From positions 21,266,001 to 21,330,000 of the forward strand of contig OZ024749.1 in NCBI GenBank assembly GCA_964016885.1: 64,000 nt of DNA. Direction: 5' to 3'. Both the position numbers and the translations under genes were made by a program. Below, piece by piece: positions 1-11,615 of the stretch. The number at the start of each line of letters is the position of its first letter. The first letter of the stretch is position 1. The stretch comes from Eledone cirrhosa (lineage: Eukaryota). The notes beneath the pieces are model-generated. The model saw nothing but the letters and a program-made list of their open reading frames with translations, was not told the origin of the DNA and searched no databases.

Positions 1-2308
1 AGATCGGTGAGCAGGCACAGCAACAGACTGATTTGAGTATCACAGTTGAAACTCTTAAGGGGCAAGCCAAAAACCTAACCATCTGGAAATCACCAGGCCC
101 AGATGGTGTGCAGGGGTATTGGATTAAACATTTAACATCCCTCCACCCGAAGCTGACGGCCATGTTCAATGACTGCTTGGTGTCGGGTGAGGTGCCAGAG
201 TGGTTGACAAAAGGTACCACAGTTCTGATAATGAAAGACCGAATCAAGGGTAATGATGTTACCAACTATAGACCTATCACATGTCTGCCCGTAATGTGGA
301 AACTGTTGACGAGCATTGTGTCTGAGGAAATCTACCATCACCTCCACACAAACAACTTGTTGCCGGACGAACAGAAAGGATGCCGAAAGAAGTCACGTGG
401 TACAAAGGACCAGTTGCTTATTGATAAGATGGTAATGGGGAATTGCAGGAGGAGACACACTGATCTTGCCATGGGATGGATAGACTACAGAAAGGCATTT
501 GACATGGTGCCTCATTCCTGGATCACCAAAAGCCTGGAGATCTTCAGGGTGGCAGATAACATCAGACAGTTGCTGGGCAGGAGTATGGGGTCCTGGGAGA
601 CAGAGTTGACATCAACTGGAGTATCCTTGGGAAGCGTGAAGATCAAGAGAGGTATCTTCCAGGGAGATAGCCTGTCCCCTCTGTTGTTTGTCCTTGCCCT
701 GATGCCCTTGACCATTATGCTGCGAAAAGTGAGAGCAGGATACAAGTTGGGAAGGGGAGAGCTTACCATCAATCACCTCCTCTTCATGGACGATCTTAAG
801 CTCTTCGGGAAAAGTGAGAAGGAGTTGGATGTGCTTGTTGACACTGTCCGTATTTTCAGCAGTGATATATGTATGCAGTTTGGTATTGGTAAATGTGGAG
901 TCATTGTGATGAGGAGGGGTAGGTTGAGCAGAAGTAACGGGATCCAGATACCAACAGGTGAGATGATAAAGGAAATTGACTCTGAGGAAGGATACAAGTA
1001 TTTGGGCGTTCTGGAGGCTGATGGCATAAAGAACAAAAAAATGAAGGAATTGTTAAGAACTGAATACATTCGGAGAGTAAGGAGCGTATTGAAGTCACAT
1101 CTGAACAGCAGAAATGCCATAAGCGGAGTAAATTCCCGAGCTGTGTCTATTATTAGGTACAGTGCGGGAATTCTGAGATGGAATGTTGCTGAACAAAAAG
1201 AAATGGATAGGAAGACTAGGAAGCTATTGACTATCTACAACATGTTCCACAAGAGGAGTGATGTCGATAGACTCTACCTAAGGAGATCTGAGGGTGGAAG
1301 AGGTCTTATCAGCATAGAGGACTGTGTTCAGATGGAGAAAAACAACCTATACAAATACGTGACCTATAGTAAGGAGCCAATGCTCAGAGCTGTACTGAAG
1401 GAGGGGACAGTAGGCCAGGGGATACCCAAGGAGGAAATAACATCAAGGAGGAAGAGCAGCCTTAAGGGAAAATCCCTTCATAGTACCTTCTTTGAGAAAA
1501 CTGAATTTAGAGATCCACAGACATGGAACTGGTTGAGAAGAGGAGACCTCAAAAAGGCTACAGAAGGAATGCTAATGGCTGCGCAGGAGCAGGCCCTCAA
1601 AACGAAGTGGTTGAAGCACCATATCTACAAGGAGGAGGCTAGCCCACTGTGCAGGATCTGTGGAGAGAGAGAGGAGACTGTGGCTCACATTGTGTCCGAG
1701 TGTAAACACCTAGCCCAGACCCACTATAAGGGCTGGAGACACGATGTGATGGGCAGGGTGATCCACTGGCACCTGTGCAAAGTAAACAATCTACCACATT
1801 CTGAGAAATGGTATGAGCATAGGCCAGAGGCGGTGATGGAGAACAGTCAGGTGAAGGTGCTGTGGGATTTTAGGATACAGACGGACAAAAAACTGGAACA
1901 CAATAGACCTGACCTGGTGGTTGTGGACAAAGAAAAAAGATCGTGCCTGATTGTGGATGTGGCCTGCCCGTTCGACACGAGAGTGCAAGAGAAGGAGAGG
2001 GAGAAAATTAACCGATACCAGGACCTAAAGTGGGAGGTGAAAAGGATTTGGAACTGCCATGAAGTCAAAGTGATCCCGATTGTCATAGGCGCACTGGGGA
2101 CTATCTCCAAAGGTTTCCAGGGATGGTTAAAGAAAATCGGCCCCTTCACGCTTTTTGGAACGCTTCAAAAGGCATGCTTGCTTGGAACGGCAAGAACCCT
2201 CCGATACGTCCTGAATATCTGAGGCTGCAGGTAGTGGCTTGATATTCAATCCAACGGACTTTCCAGTTAACCAACATCAATGACTGAGATTCAAGGAATA
2301 ACAATAAC

Positions 2309-2358
<50 letters not shown>
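1..2358 (+). mobile_element. R4/Dong-like RLE non-LTR retrotransposon, copy A (5' end outside window)
   Basis: RT+CCHC+RLE ORF ends at 2222, followed by a ~75-nt 3'UTR and an (AAC/AAT)n tail at 2297-2358. (TAA)n association is established for Dong elements. Confidence 0.9.
33..2222 (+). CDS. Reverse transcriptase / zinc knuckle / restriction-like endonuclease polyprotein (N-terminally partial)
   Basis: KSPGPDG, NYRPITCL, IDYRKAFD, GIFQGDSLSP, LLFMDDLKL, YKYLG, CRICGEREETVAHIVSEC (CCHC), RHD, RPDLVVVD...IVDVACP and EKINRYQDL; no stops in 729 codons. Confidence 0.93.
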   Translation: MSITVETLKGQAKNLTIWKSPGPDGVQGYWIKHLTSLHPKLTAMFNDCLVSGEVPEWLTKGTTVLIMKDRIKGNDVTNYRPITCLPVMWKLLTSIVSEEIYHHLHTNNLLPDEQKGCRKKSRGTKDQLLIDKMVMGNCRRRHTDLAMGWIDYRKAFDMVPHSWITKSLEIFRVADNIRQLLGRSMGSWETELTSTGVSLGSVKIKRGIFQGDSLSPLLFVLALMPLTIMLRKVRAGYKLGRGELTINHLLFMDDLKLFGKSEKELDVLVDTVRIFSSDICMQFGIGKCGVIVMRRGRLSRSNGIQIPTGEMIKEIDSEEGYKYLGVLEADGIKNKKMKELLRTEYIRRVRSVLKSHLNSRNAISGVNSRAVSIIRYSAGILRWNVAEQKEMDRKTRKLLTIYNMFHKRSDVDRLYLRRSEGGRGLISIEDCVQMEKNNLYKYVTYSKEPMLRAVLKEGTVGQGIPKEEITSRRKSSLKGKSLHSTFFEKTEFRDPQTWNWLRRGDLKKATEGMLMAAQEQALKTKWLKHHIYKEEASPLCRICGEREETVAHIVSECKHLAQTHYKGWRHDVMGRVIHWHLCKVNNLPHSEKWYEHRPEAVMENSQVKVLWDFRIQTDKKLEHNRPDLVVVDKEKRSCLIVDVACPFDTRVQEKEREKINRYQDLKWEVKRIWNCHEVKVIPIVIGALGTISKGFQGWLKKIGPFTLFGTLQKACLLGTARTLRYVLNI

Positions 2359-2360
<2 letters not shown>

Positions 2361-4643
2361 CGCTTGGCTCTAAGAAAAACCAGCAAATGGAAATCCCCAG
2401 GAAAAGACAAAATACAAAACTTTTGGATAAATGCCTTCACAGAGTCTCATGAGCTGTTAGCCCAACTTTACAATGAAATAGTTAAGGAGCCAGAAAAGAT
2501 ACCTTCATGGCTAGTTAACAGCATTACATTCCTGCTTCCGAAGAATGATGAGACAAACAATCCCAAAAATTACAGACCGATAACTTGCTTGACCACAATG
2601 TATAAAATGTTAACATCAGTCCTAACTGAATACACATATGACCACCTGATAACAAATGACCTATTTCCCATTGAGCAGAAAGGGTGTAAACGAGGCTCAT
2701 ATGGCTGTAAGGATCAGCTTCTGGTTAACAAAATGATACTGGAAGATTGTCATAATAGACACAAAAATCTATCGATTGCTTGGATAGATTATAAAAAAGC
2801 ATTTGATAGTTTGCCACACAGTTGGATTGAAAAATGTTTAGAGATTTTCAAAGTATCCCCCGTTGTCAGGAGGTTTTTGTCATTCAGTATGAAGACATGG
2901 AAAACGACACTCCTTTTGAATAGTGAAACAAAATCACTGGAAGCTGGAGAAGTTAATATTAATTGTGGAATTTTTCAGGGTGACTCTTTATCACCGCTTT
3001 TATTCTGCATCGCACTTATACCATTAAGTAAAATGCTCAATGAAACAAAACATGGATATAAAGTCTATGACAAAACCATTAATCACCTGTTCTACATGGA
3101 TGACCTGAAACTATTTGCAAAAAATGATGAACAATTGAAAGGGCTATTATCCACTGTGAAGCAGTTCAGTGATGACATTAAAATGGAGTTTGGACTAGAT
3201 AAATGCGCCAAAGCAACGTTCACCAGAGGAAAGCTGCTGAAGAGTTCAGACATTAATCTTGATCGGGGGAACGTGATAAGAGAACTTGATCAAGAAAAAA
3301 CTTACAAATATCTAGGTGTTTGTGAAGGAGACGGAATCAAGCACTCGACAATGAGGGAAAGGATAAGGAAGGAATGTTATCGCAGAGTAAGAGCAATCTT
3401 AAGAACGGAATTGAATGCAAGGAATAGGATCGATGCCATAAACACGCTTGCCATACCAGTAGTAACCTACAGTTACAATGTCATCAACTGGTCAAGCACA
3501 GAGATCCGTAGGCTCGATACAAAAATTCGAAAATTCTTAACCATGCACAGAATGCATCACCCTAAGGCAGATATAGATAGAATATATCTCCCTAGGAAAG
3601 AAGGAGGACGTGGGTTAATCCAGTTAGACATTGCGTTGAAAACTGCAACAATTGGATTATCTACATATCTAAGGGAATCACATGATTGGATGATCAAACT
3701 CGTTTTGAAACACGAAAGCATCAAAAGATCATATTCCATTACAAAAGATGCACAAAGATACAGTAATGGACTACAAATTTCAGAAGTCCCATTTACTGCT
3801 GAAATGGAAAACACAGAAAAAGCAAAGCAGGTAAAAGTAACTGCAAAGAAAGAACTGCTACAGAAACTGGCTAAGAAATGGCAAGAAAAGCCTCTGTATG
3901 GAAAATACCCAGAGCGAGCTAACAATCCTGATGTTGACAAAACTTTAACCCATCAGTGGTTGGCATCCTCTGGACTGAAATCGGAGACTGAAGGACTGAT
4001 TATACCGGCACAAGATCAGTGTCTGCCAACAAAAAATTACCAAGCCAACATAATAAAAAATGGGTGCAGCCCATTATGCCGTGTATGCAAAAAACAACCA
4101 GAGACCATTGACCATATAATTTCAATGTGCAGTCCTATAGCTCCAACCGAATACCTAAACAGGCATAACAGAGCTGCACAATACATACATTGGATAATGT
4201 GTAAGCATTTTGACCTGCCCCATCAAAAGAATTGGTGGGAGCATCAACCACCTCCCATACTTGAAAAAGATCACATCTCAATCTTGTGGAACTTTAGCAT
4301 CCAAACAGACCGAAAAATAGATGCAAACAGACCTGATATAATATTGAAAGACTTTCAAAAGAGGGTATGCCTGCTAATTGATATGTCTGTTCCAATAGAC
4401 AAGAATGTATCTATAAAAACATTTGAAAAATTGAGCAAGTATAAGGACCTGGAGATAGAAATTGGAAAAATGTGGAAATTGAGAACTAAAACAATACCAG
4501 TGGTTGTAGGCGCTCTGGGAATGATACCTAAGGGGTCTAATGATTACATATCGCAAATCCCAGGAAACCCGCGTATAGGAGAAATACAAAAGATAGTATT
4601 AATGGGAACTGCCCATATACTAAGGAAGATTCTGTCAATATAA
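2358..4643 (+). CDS. RT-CCHC-RLE polyprotein of copy B (truncated just upstream of the RT domain)
   Basis: KSPGKD, NYRPITCL, IDYKKAFD, GIFQGDSLSP, LFYMDDLKL, CRVCKKQPETIDHIISMC, RHN, RPDIILKD...LIDMSVP, EKLSKYKDL. The ORF-track start at 2280 with poly-Ile is read-through of the upstream tail; the first element-adjacent ATG is at 2358. Confidence 0.9.
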
Positions 4644-4786
4644 GTACATCACAAGTCTAAACACTAAAGATGCATGTGTGAATATGTATGTTCTTTCTTG
4701 AACATGGCGGACCTTGTTGTCTCTTGAGGTCACTGGTTGTGACTTGGTGATAACTCGTATGAACATAAAGCAAGATAAATGCAACT

Positions 4787-4823
<37 letters not shown>

Positions 4824-4830
4824 TAATAAT
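2358..4830 (+). mobile_element. R4/Dong-like RLE retrotransposon, copy B (divergent family, 5'-truncated)
   Basis: Starts directly after the (AAT)n tail of copy A. The ORF ends at 4643, then a ~145-nt 3'UTR unrelated to that of copy A, then (TAA)n at 4788-4830. Confidence 0.9.
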
Positions 4831-4838
4831 GATTTCAT

Positions 4839-7820
4839 TTATTGGCCGTTCCTGTAGAGTTTATCTCGAACCGGCAGTGCCCCCCGGTAGCACTGCCAAG
4901 CGAGGGATTTGGGGAAATTATCCATCGTCCCCGGCTCGAAAGTCCTCCGGTACAGACTTGTTAGTTCGACTTCGTTGACTCCCAGAGCCTCTCTGAGTGC
5001 GTCGTCGCACTTGCCCACCACTAATCCTCTATAGAACTCGAGAGTGGAAGTTCCACTGACCGCATTGCCCGCCTGGTAGAGGGCAGTGAGTGCCTGGCAA
5101 CATTCCAGATGCCAGTCACCCAGTCTCGGTCTCTTTTTGACCCAGGACTGCAACTCAGTCAAAGAAACGAGCTGCGGAAAGGCCCGTCTGACAAACGGCG
5201 ACCACACCTGTTCACCGTTTAGGCAGAATATCTGTAGATGCCGCAGCCTCAGCGCGTGCCTGCGCATCATTAGCCACGGCATGCCCAGCCCTCCACATAG
5301 AGGGTGCTGGCAGCAGATGGACTGCCTCACCAGCGGAACCTGACCCCTCCACAAGAATTTGAAGAGGAGCCGCTCCAAGATGGCGAGGCGCGAACGGGGG
5401 CAAGGGACGACAGTCAGACGGTAGTAGATGACGGACGCGATGTACGCGTTCGCCACCTCCGCCCGACCTTTCAGTGATAGCTTCATCCCAGCCCATTTCT
5501 GGGTGAGACTGACTACCCTGCCCGTCACCTCGTCCCAATTCTTATCCACTTGGAGGTCTGGCCCGAACCAAACCCCTAGCAACTTTGCCGGTCCGTCCGT
5601 CCAGTGCCTAACGACGCTGTTGGACGGCATAAACTTGCCTCTCCAGGTGCCGAGTTGCAAGCCTACTGACTTTTCCGGGTTAAGTTTTGCTCCCGTCAAC
5701 CTTTCATATTCCTCCAATAAGTTGCCGACCACCTCGATTTCTGAAGTGTCCGTCACCATCACGGTGATGTCGTCCGCATAAGCCGACACAGCCTTTCCGC
5801 GTCCCGGTTCGAGCGGGATGCCCTGCAACAGCTCCAGCTTCCGCAGTAAAGGCTCGAGAGTCAATACGTACAGAAGGGAGGAAGGAGGGCACCCTTGACG
5901 GACCGATCGGGAGACCTGAAACGGTTCCGAGAGGTGGCCATTAATTTTGACCATCGAGCAGGTGCCGCTATGCATTGCAGCGATCCAGCTTCTGAAGACG
6001 GGGCCGAAGCCAGCCGCCTTGAGGACAGCCTCCAGGTACCGATGGTCGACCCTATCGAATGCTTTCGATTGATCTAAATTGATCAGAGCCCCACCGAAGC
6101 CAGGTTTACACCCTACCCTCTCTATGATGTATCGCATTAGGTGGAGGTTGTCGTGTATGGACCTGGGTGGGATTGCGCAAGTTTGCGCCTCCTCAACCAA
6201 ATCCCCGACGACAAGCGCCAACCTCTTCGCTAACACCCTGGCCAAAATCTTAAACCCTGTGTTGAGCAGAGTTATGGGCCTGAAATTGTCTAATGTGTCC
6301 CTCTTGTTCTCGTCTTTCCTTATCAGCGTCACTACGCCCCGGCTCACAGAACTGGGAATACTCCCGTTTTGCTGCCAGTTGCAGTAGAGGGCTTCGGGGA
6401 GATCGGAGAACAATTCTGGCATATTTACGTAAAACTCGTAGGGCAGACCATCCAAACCGGGTGACTTGCGCTTCATGCAGCCTACAAGGGCATCCTGAAT
6501 CTCGGCTGAAGTAATTGGCCTTTCGCAGCGCCCAGCGTCAGCAGTCGAGAGTTGCGGCAAGCCATCGAGGTAGGGACTGACGTCCGCTACCATCTCTGAC
6601 CCGCCACTTCCCCCGAACAACCGAGCAAAATGTTGGCTAAAGGCCTCACACATCCTCTTAGAATAGCTCAGCTCGTGCCCATGTCGGTCCGTCAAAGACC
6701 GAATCGTGGTTTTATTACCACGCTGCGCCTCTGCCACGCGGGCCCATCGAACAGTTTTGGTTCCCTCGTTTCTCAGAGCACGCGCCTTAGCTCTGATAAT
6801 GCAACCTTCGTGTTTCGGTCTAATGCCATTCTCGCCGCTAGCACATCAGTTGCAATGCCACTACCAATAGCCTCGTCTAACTTATCTACCAACTCTCCCT
6901 CCTTTCTATTTTTCTCTAATGCTACTTTTTTGCTAAACTCTATCGACATTACTCTAATCTCTCTTTTGAGAGCCCCCCACCATCTATTGTTGACGACTCC
7001 CCCTGTCAACTTTTTCTTAACTAAATTGTTGACCTGGTTCCTGTAAGCCTTACGTGCCGGAAATGACATGTTTAGCTTCCAGTAACCAGGTCCTAACCTA
7101 CGCGTCTTATCAAGGTCGACCATACAGATCACAAACTTGTGATCTGAATAGGCGACCGTTTCAAAACGTGGACAGCTTACACTATTTCTGTCTATTTTCC
7201 TAATGAATATCCTGTCTATATACGATCTAGATGACCCTAGGTGGTTAGCTCAGGTCCTACACTGGCGCATTAGGGAAATCTAGTCGGTACCTGTCAGACA
7301 GTTGGAACTCGCTGATCAGGTTCTTGAGGCTTTTGCACCCCCCGCTCCTATCGGATACTCCCACACAGTCCCAGCGTGCGTCTAAGATGCCGTTCCAGTC
7401 CCCCGCTAACAGTAAAGGGCGAGACGTACCCAGAAAGGCTTCCAGGCGTCTAAAGAAGTCCGGCCGTCCTTCCCCAGTAGGAGCATAGACGGCCACCAGT
7501 CTAAAGGCACCACCTTCATTATTGTTCACGTCCAGGACCACCAACTTCCCGTCCGGGTCCCGGAAGATCGACCTTACCTCGAGATCCAGGCCTTTCCTAA
7601 ACAGCACTGCCACCCGGCCTCCCATTCCCGGCCGGCTAACAGATGCAAAGATCTGATAGTCGTCGAAAATGGGGGCTAGTGCGCGCGTGTCGGAAATCCT
7701 GGTCTCGCTGACTGCAATTACATCCATTTCTATAGATCTGAGGTCGTTGAGCAGGTGACCCTGCTTCCAGGACGATCCCAGGCCTCGAACATTTAAACAT
7801 CCTACTCTTAATACGGCCAT
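4839..7820 (-). pseudogene. Tx1-like ORF2 (APE endonuclease + RT), broken by stops/frameshifts; C-terminal CCHC missing
   Basis: CLNVRGL, DVIAVSET, AVYAP, AGDWN (APE); KSPGLDGLPYEFY, NFRPITLLN, LDQSKAFDRVDH, RQGCP, AYADD (RT). Split across ORFs 7257-7820, 6773-7132 and 4839-6737. Confidence 0.9.
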
Positions 7821-7851
7821 GTTGGCAGGTTAAACAGAGAGAGTGGAAGGT

Positions 7852-9810
7852 TTACTTACCTTTCGGGTTCTTGTGAAGGTCGGGTTGTTCGACCTCCATA
7901 GTTAGTGGGGTTTCTTTTGGGAACCCCTTTAAAAGTCTTGAAGTGGGTTTTACGCTCAGGGTTCCCACGTCCCTAGGAAAGCTGTCTTGTATTTCTTTGA
8001 ATATGTCGAGCGACATTCGCACCAGAACCAAATCTTCCGGCACGCGAAATGTGCTCGATTTAAAAATTTCCCCCTCTTTTTGTATATTTTCACTTCGTGC
8101 TACGAGGGCCATCAGTTCCTTGTTGGCCCTCCTGACGAGCACGAAGTTTTGTATGTTTTGCTGGTGTGATTTTATTTGTTTGCGTGGCTGTGGTGGTGAT
8201 GGTTTTGGTGGTGTTGTATCGGTTGTATCTGTGTTTGTTGTGAGTGCGGTGTCTGTGGTTTCAGATGTTCTTGCGTCTGTTTCGGTTGTTTGCGTTTGGG
8301 GGATTCTGGTGATGGTGATGGTGGTGTTGATGTTGGTGTTATTGGAGAGATGTTTGCGTGGGTGGTGTCTGCGTTTTTTATTGTGGGTGCTTTTGTGCTT
8401 TGTTGAGTTTTTTTTTTCTTTTTGTGTTTCCTTTTTTGTATTTTGGGGGATTTGGGATTTCCCTCATTTTCACTACTGGTAGATGAGGGGTCTGTATCTG
8501 TAAGTGTGTCTGTATGTATGTTTAAGGTTTTATTGGTGTGTGTATTTTGGGGGGAGGGGGAATTTGACAGCTTTCCTCGTTTCCCCCCTGGGTGGTCAAT
8601 GTTGGTGGTGGTCTTTCTATTGGTGTTGTTGTTGGTGGTTTTGCCGGTGCAGGTGTTGGTTGTGGTCCTCGCCCCGGCATCGGCAGCAGTGGAACCTTTC
8701 GACTCCTTGCCTCTTTCAGCAGTTGAGAGCAGAAGGCTCGCAAATGGGTTTTTTCCCCACAAACAAAACACTGCGGCCTTTTGCCTTCGGTCATAATGTG
8801 AATGACAGTCCAATTCTGAAGGCGGATGTGGTCTGGGATTGTCTTCACATTCTCGGGCCTGATCTGGAGAAGGATCTCCATGTCAACCCCGGACCAGTCC
8901 TCTCTGGCCGTTCTGGTCACTTCTATAGGGACTGTATCCGTCCCCTCTACAATCACACATCCCAGAAGCCACCACATGTCAAGTCCTGGTGGGATTCTGG
9001 GAATGCGGAGACGGGCCGTTCTTTTTCCCATGTGGGAGGGGTACATTATGACCTTGCTGGTTTTGCAAGGAGTCATAGCGTGTTTCATAGCGAGGGCTTC
9101 TGACTTGAACAACACCGAAATGGTGCCGTACTGTCTGCCCCTCTCTATGTACTGGGTGTCTTCTCTGATGCACCTCAGCGCGACTTAGACATCTTCTTGT
9201 GGGATTAACGCTGCCCTTTTGGTTTGTGCTGAGATGCATCTATAATGCACCGTTTTGCGCTCCACTGCCTCAATAGCTTCTACCGGGACAGTTAAGTTGG
9301 CCCAAGTTTGCTCTTGCTTGATGAGCTTCCATGCCTGGGCCAACTTTTCTTCTTTGTTTGAGAGGTCCATGTTGAAGCATGGCCTCTTTTTTGCTGCTGC
9401 CGCACCGAAAGTGGTCTTGTTTTCGTTGGGGGTGTTGTTGACGTTGTTCTTGTTGGTGTTGTTGTTAGCACTGTCGCTGTTATCATTGTTGTCTTTGTTG
9501 CCACCGTTGTTCTCGGTGCAGTTGGTATTGTTGCTGTTGGTGTTGTCGCTATTTGTTTTCATGTTAGTGGTGTTGATATTGTTGTTGTATTTGGTATTTT
9601 ATTTTTGTTATCTGTATTTTCGTTGTCGCTGTTACTGTAATTTTTTTCAAAATTAGAGTTCTTATTGGTATCATTGGTGTCTTTGTTTACCTTGTTTGTG
9701 GTGGTGTTTGTGTTATCAATGTGTGTTAATTTCGCTGTAGCGCTCCTCTCAACTTCTACGTCGTTGTCGCACGACAGCCGACATATCGCTGGGGGGTGTG
9801 GCTAAGCCAT
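7852..9810 (-). pseudogene. Tx1-like ORF1 (Asn/Thr-rich N-terminus, gag-type CCHC knuckle), degraded
   Basis: ATG at 9810 is followed by an in-frame TAG at codon 3. ORFs 9185-9562 and 8522-9115 share a frame separated by one stop. CFVCGEKTHLRAFC fits CX2CX4HX4C. Lies directly upstream of ORF2. Confidence 0.75.
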
Positions 9811-10014
9811 GTTTTTTTTCTTCGTAAATTTTTTAACATGTAAAAAAAGTTCAAATATTTGGGCCAAAAGGCCCAAATATTATACTTTCCCCTTCACGGG
9901 GCAAAGTCTAAGGGCTTATATCCCTTACACAACAAGAAATATTTAACAACAAATAATTTAAACAGGCAAATAAAGCGACTTACTGTGAGCGAGCAAAATA
10001 CGTCCGCTTACACC

Positions 10015-10041
10015 AATAATAATAATAATAATAATAATAAT
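10015..10041. repeat. (AAT)9 microsatellite spacer
   Basis: Direct reading. Confidence 0.95.
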
Positions 10042-10048
10042 GCTTTCT

Positions 10049-11615
10049 TTATTAAGAGAATACGAAGCGGTGACAGGAGCAATGATCAACCAGGAAAATT
10101 CAGTGGGCCTGCAGCTCTGCACCTGGAGAGGCAAGTACATGCCGTCCAACAGCATCGTCGGGCGCTGGACGGACGGACCGGTTACATTGCTAGGGGTATG
10201 TTTCGGTCCGGACCTCCAGACAGACAAAAACTGGGACGAGGTGACGAGCAGGATAGCTTCTCTCACCCAGAAATGGGCGGAGAGGAAGCTATCCCTGAAA
10301 GGTCGAGTGGAGGTGGCTAACGCGTACATCGCGTCCGTCATCTACTACCGCCTGACCGTCGTACCTTGTCCTAAGCCCCGCCTGACTGCGCTGGAGCGTT
10401 TGCTCTTTCGCTTTTTGTGGAAGGGACGCGCTCCGATGGTCAGGCGGTCAATCTGCTGTCAACACCCGCTACGTAGAGGGCTGGGCATGCCGTGGCTGAT
10501 GATGCGCAGACACGCGCTCAGGCTACGACATCTCCACCTCTTCCTTGACGGTGATCAGGTGTGGTCGCCGTTTGCTAGACACGTTTTTCCCCAGCTCGTC
10601 TCCTTGACGGAGCTGCAGTCCTGAATCAAGCGAAGACTGAGCGAAGACTGGAGATTGGAATGTCTTCAGGCGCTCACAGCCCTCGACCAATCGGGCAATG
10701 TGATCGGTGGAAACTCCACCTTGGCGTTCTATGGAGGATTAGTGGAGGGGAAGAGCGACGAGGTACTTGGAGAAACTCTAGGCGTCGATGAAAATCAACT
10801 AGCCAATCTCTTCGGAAGGACTTTCGGACCGGGGCCTATGGACAACTTCCAGAAATCCCTGGCCTGGCAGTGCTACCGAGGTGCGTTGCCAGTTCGGGAT
10901 AAACTCTACAGACATGGAGGTGCCGTCAGCCGGGCATGTCCGAGATGCGCGCAGGGCGACGAAACCGTCCTGCACGCACTCGTCCAGTGTCCGAGCATTG
11001 CTGACTTGTGGGTTTATGTCGAAGACCTGCTGTCGCGTGTAGGACGGATCCAGCTGATTCCATCGTGAGGATTGCCCTGCCGTCTTCCTTTAGCCGGGAA
11101 GGGCAGGCAGTTTTTATCTGTCTGGTGGCCATGGCGAAAGAGATAGTATGGTGGACACGTTTGAAAGGGCTGAAGACGAGCACTTACCTCTTCGGTGATG
11201 CCCTGATTAACTTTTTCAAATTTCATTTGAAAAGGAAAATCAGGGTAGAGATGTAGAAGTGCTCTCTTCCCAGCATTTTGTTGAAAGATGGGTGAGAGAA
11301 GCAAGTATAGCCCGAGTGAATGAGCCTACTCTGAGTATGTGTCTGTAAATTAAAGGTGGAAAACTGGGAGAGGGCACTTGCCCTGGTGGTCAGGGTCACT
11401 GTGACCTTTTAATGGGCTTTCTCCACAAATGTCCCTCCGAAGTCTCCCCCCTATTGGGGAATTTTTCATTGTTATTTTTTTATTACATCCTCTGTTTTTT
11501 TTACACGCAGAAATGCCCATTTGTACCGTCCTGTATTGTCCTGTACTGTCATTAATGTCTACTTTATGTAAACCCTTGTGGTTAATAAAGAAAGCATTAT
11601 TATTATTATTATTAT
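10049..11615 (+). mobile_element. Tx1/L1-clade LINE, copy B: 5'-truncated (late RT/thumb to 3' end), pseudogenised
   Basis: Protein closely similar to copy A (SVGLQL.TWRGK, KLSLKGR.EVANAYIASVIYYRL). CPRCAQGDETVLHALVQC knuckle; stop at 10622; 11-bp tandem duplication at ~10629-10650; ends TTAATAAAGAAAGC(ATT)n. Confidence 0.88.

Larger units (their letters stand above)
4831..10014 (-). mobile_element. Tx1/L1-clade LINE, copy A: near full length, degraded, with an internal 3' deletion
   Basis: 5'UTR (10014-9811), ORF1 with CCHC knuckle, ORF2 with APE+RT. The terminus AATAAATGAAATC runs into (ATT)n, and (ATT)n also abuts the 5' end on the minus strand. Confidence 0.88.

Noticed and set aside
33-7820. 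Prokaryotic RT system (retron, group II intron, DGR)
   Set aside because: Domain order (RT-CCHC-RLE; APE-RT with ORF1) and repeat tails are those of eukaryotic non-LTR retrotransposons.
7943-9656. Plus-strand hydrophobic Val/Leu-rich ORFs
   Set aside because: Antisense shadows of the A/C-rich Tx1 ORF1.
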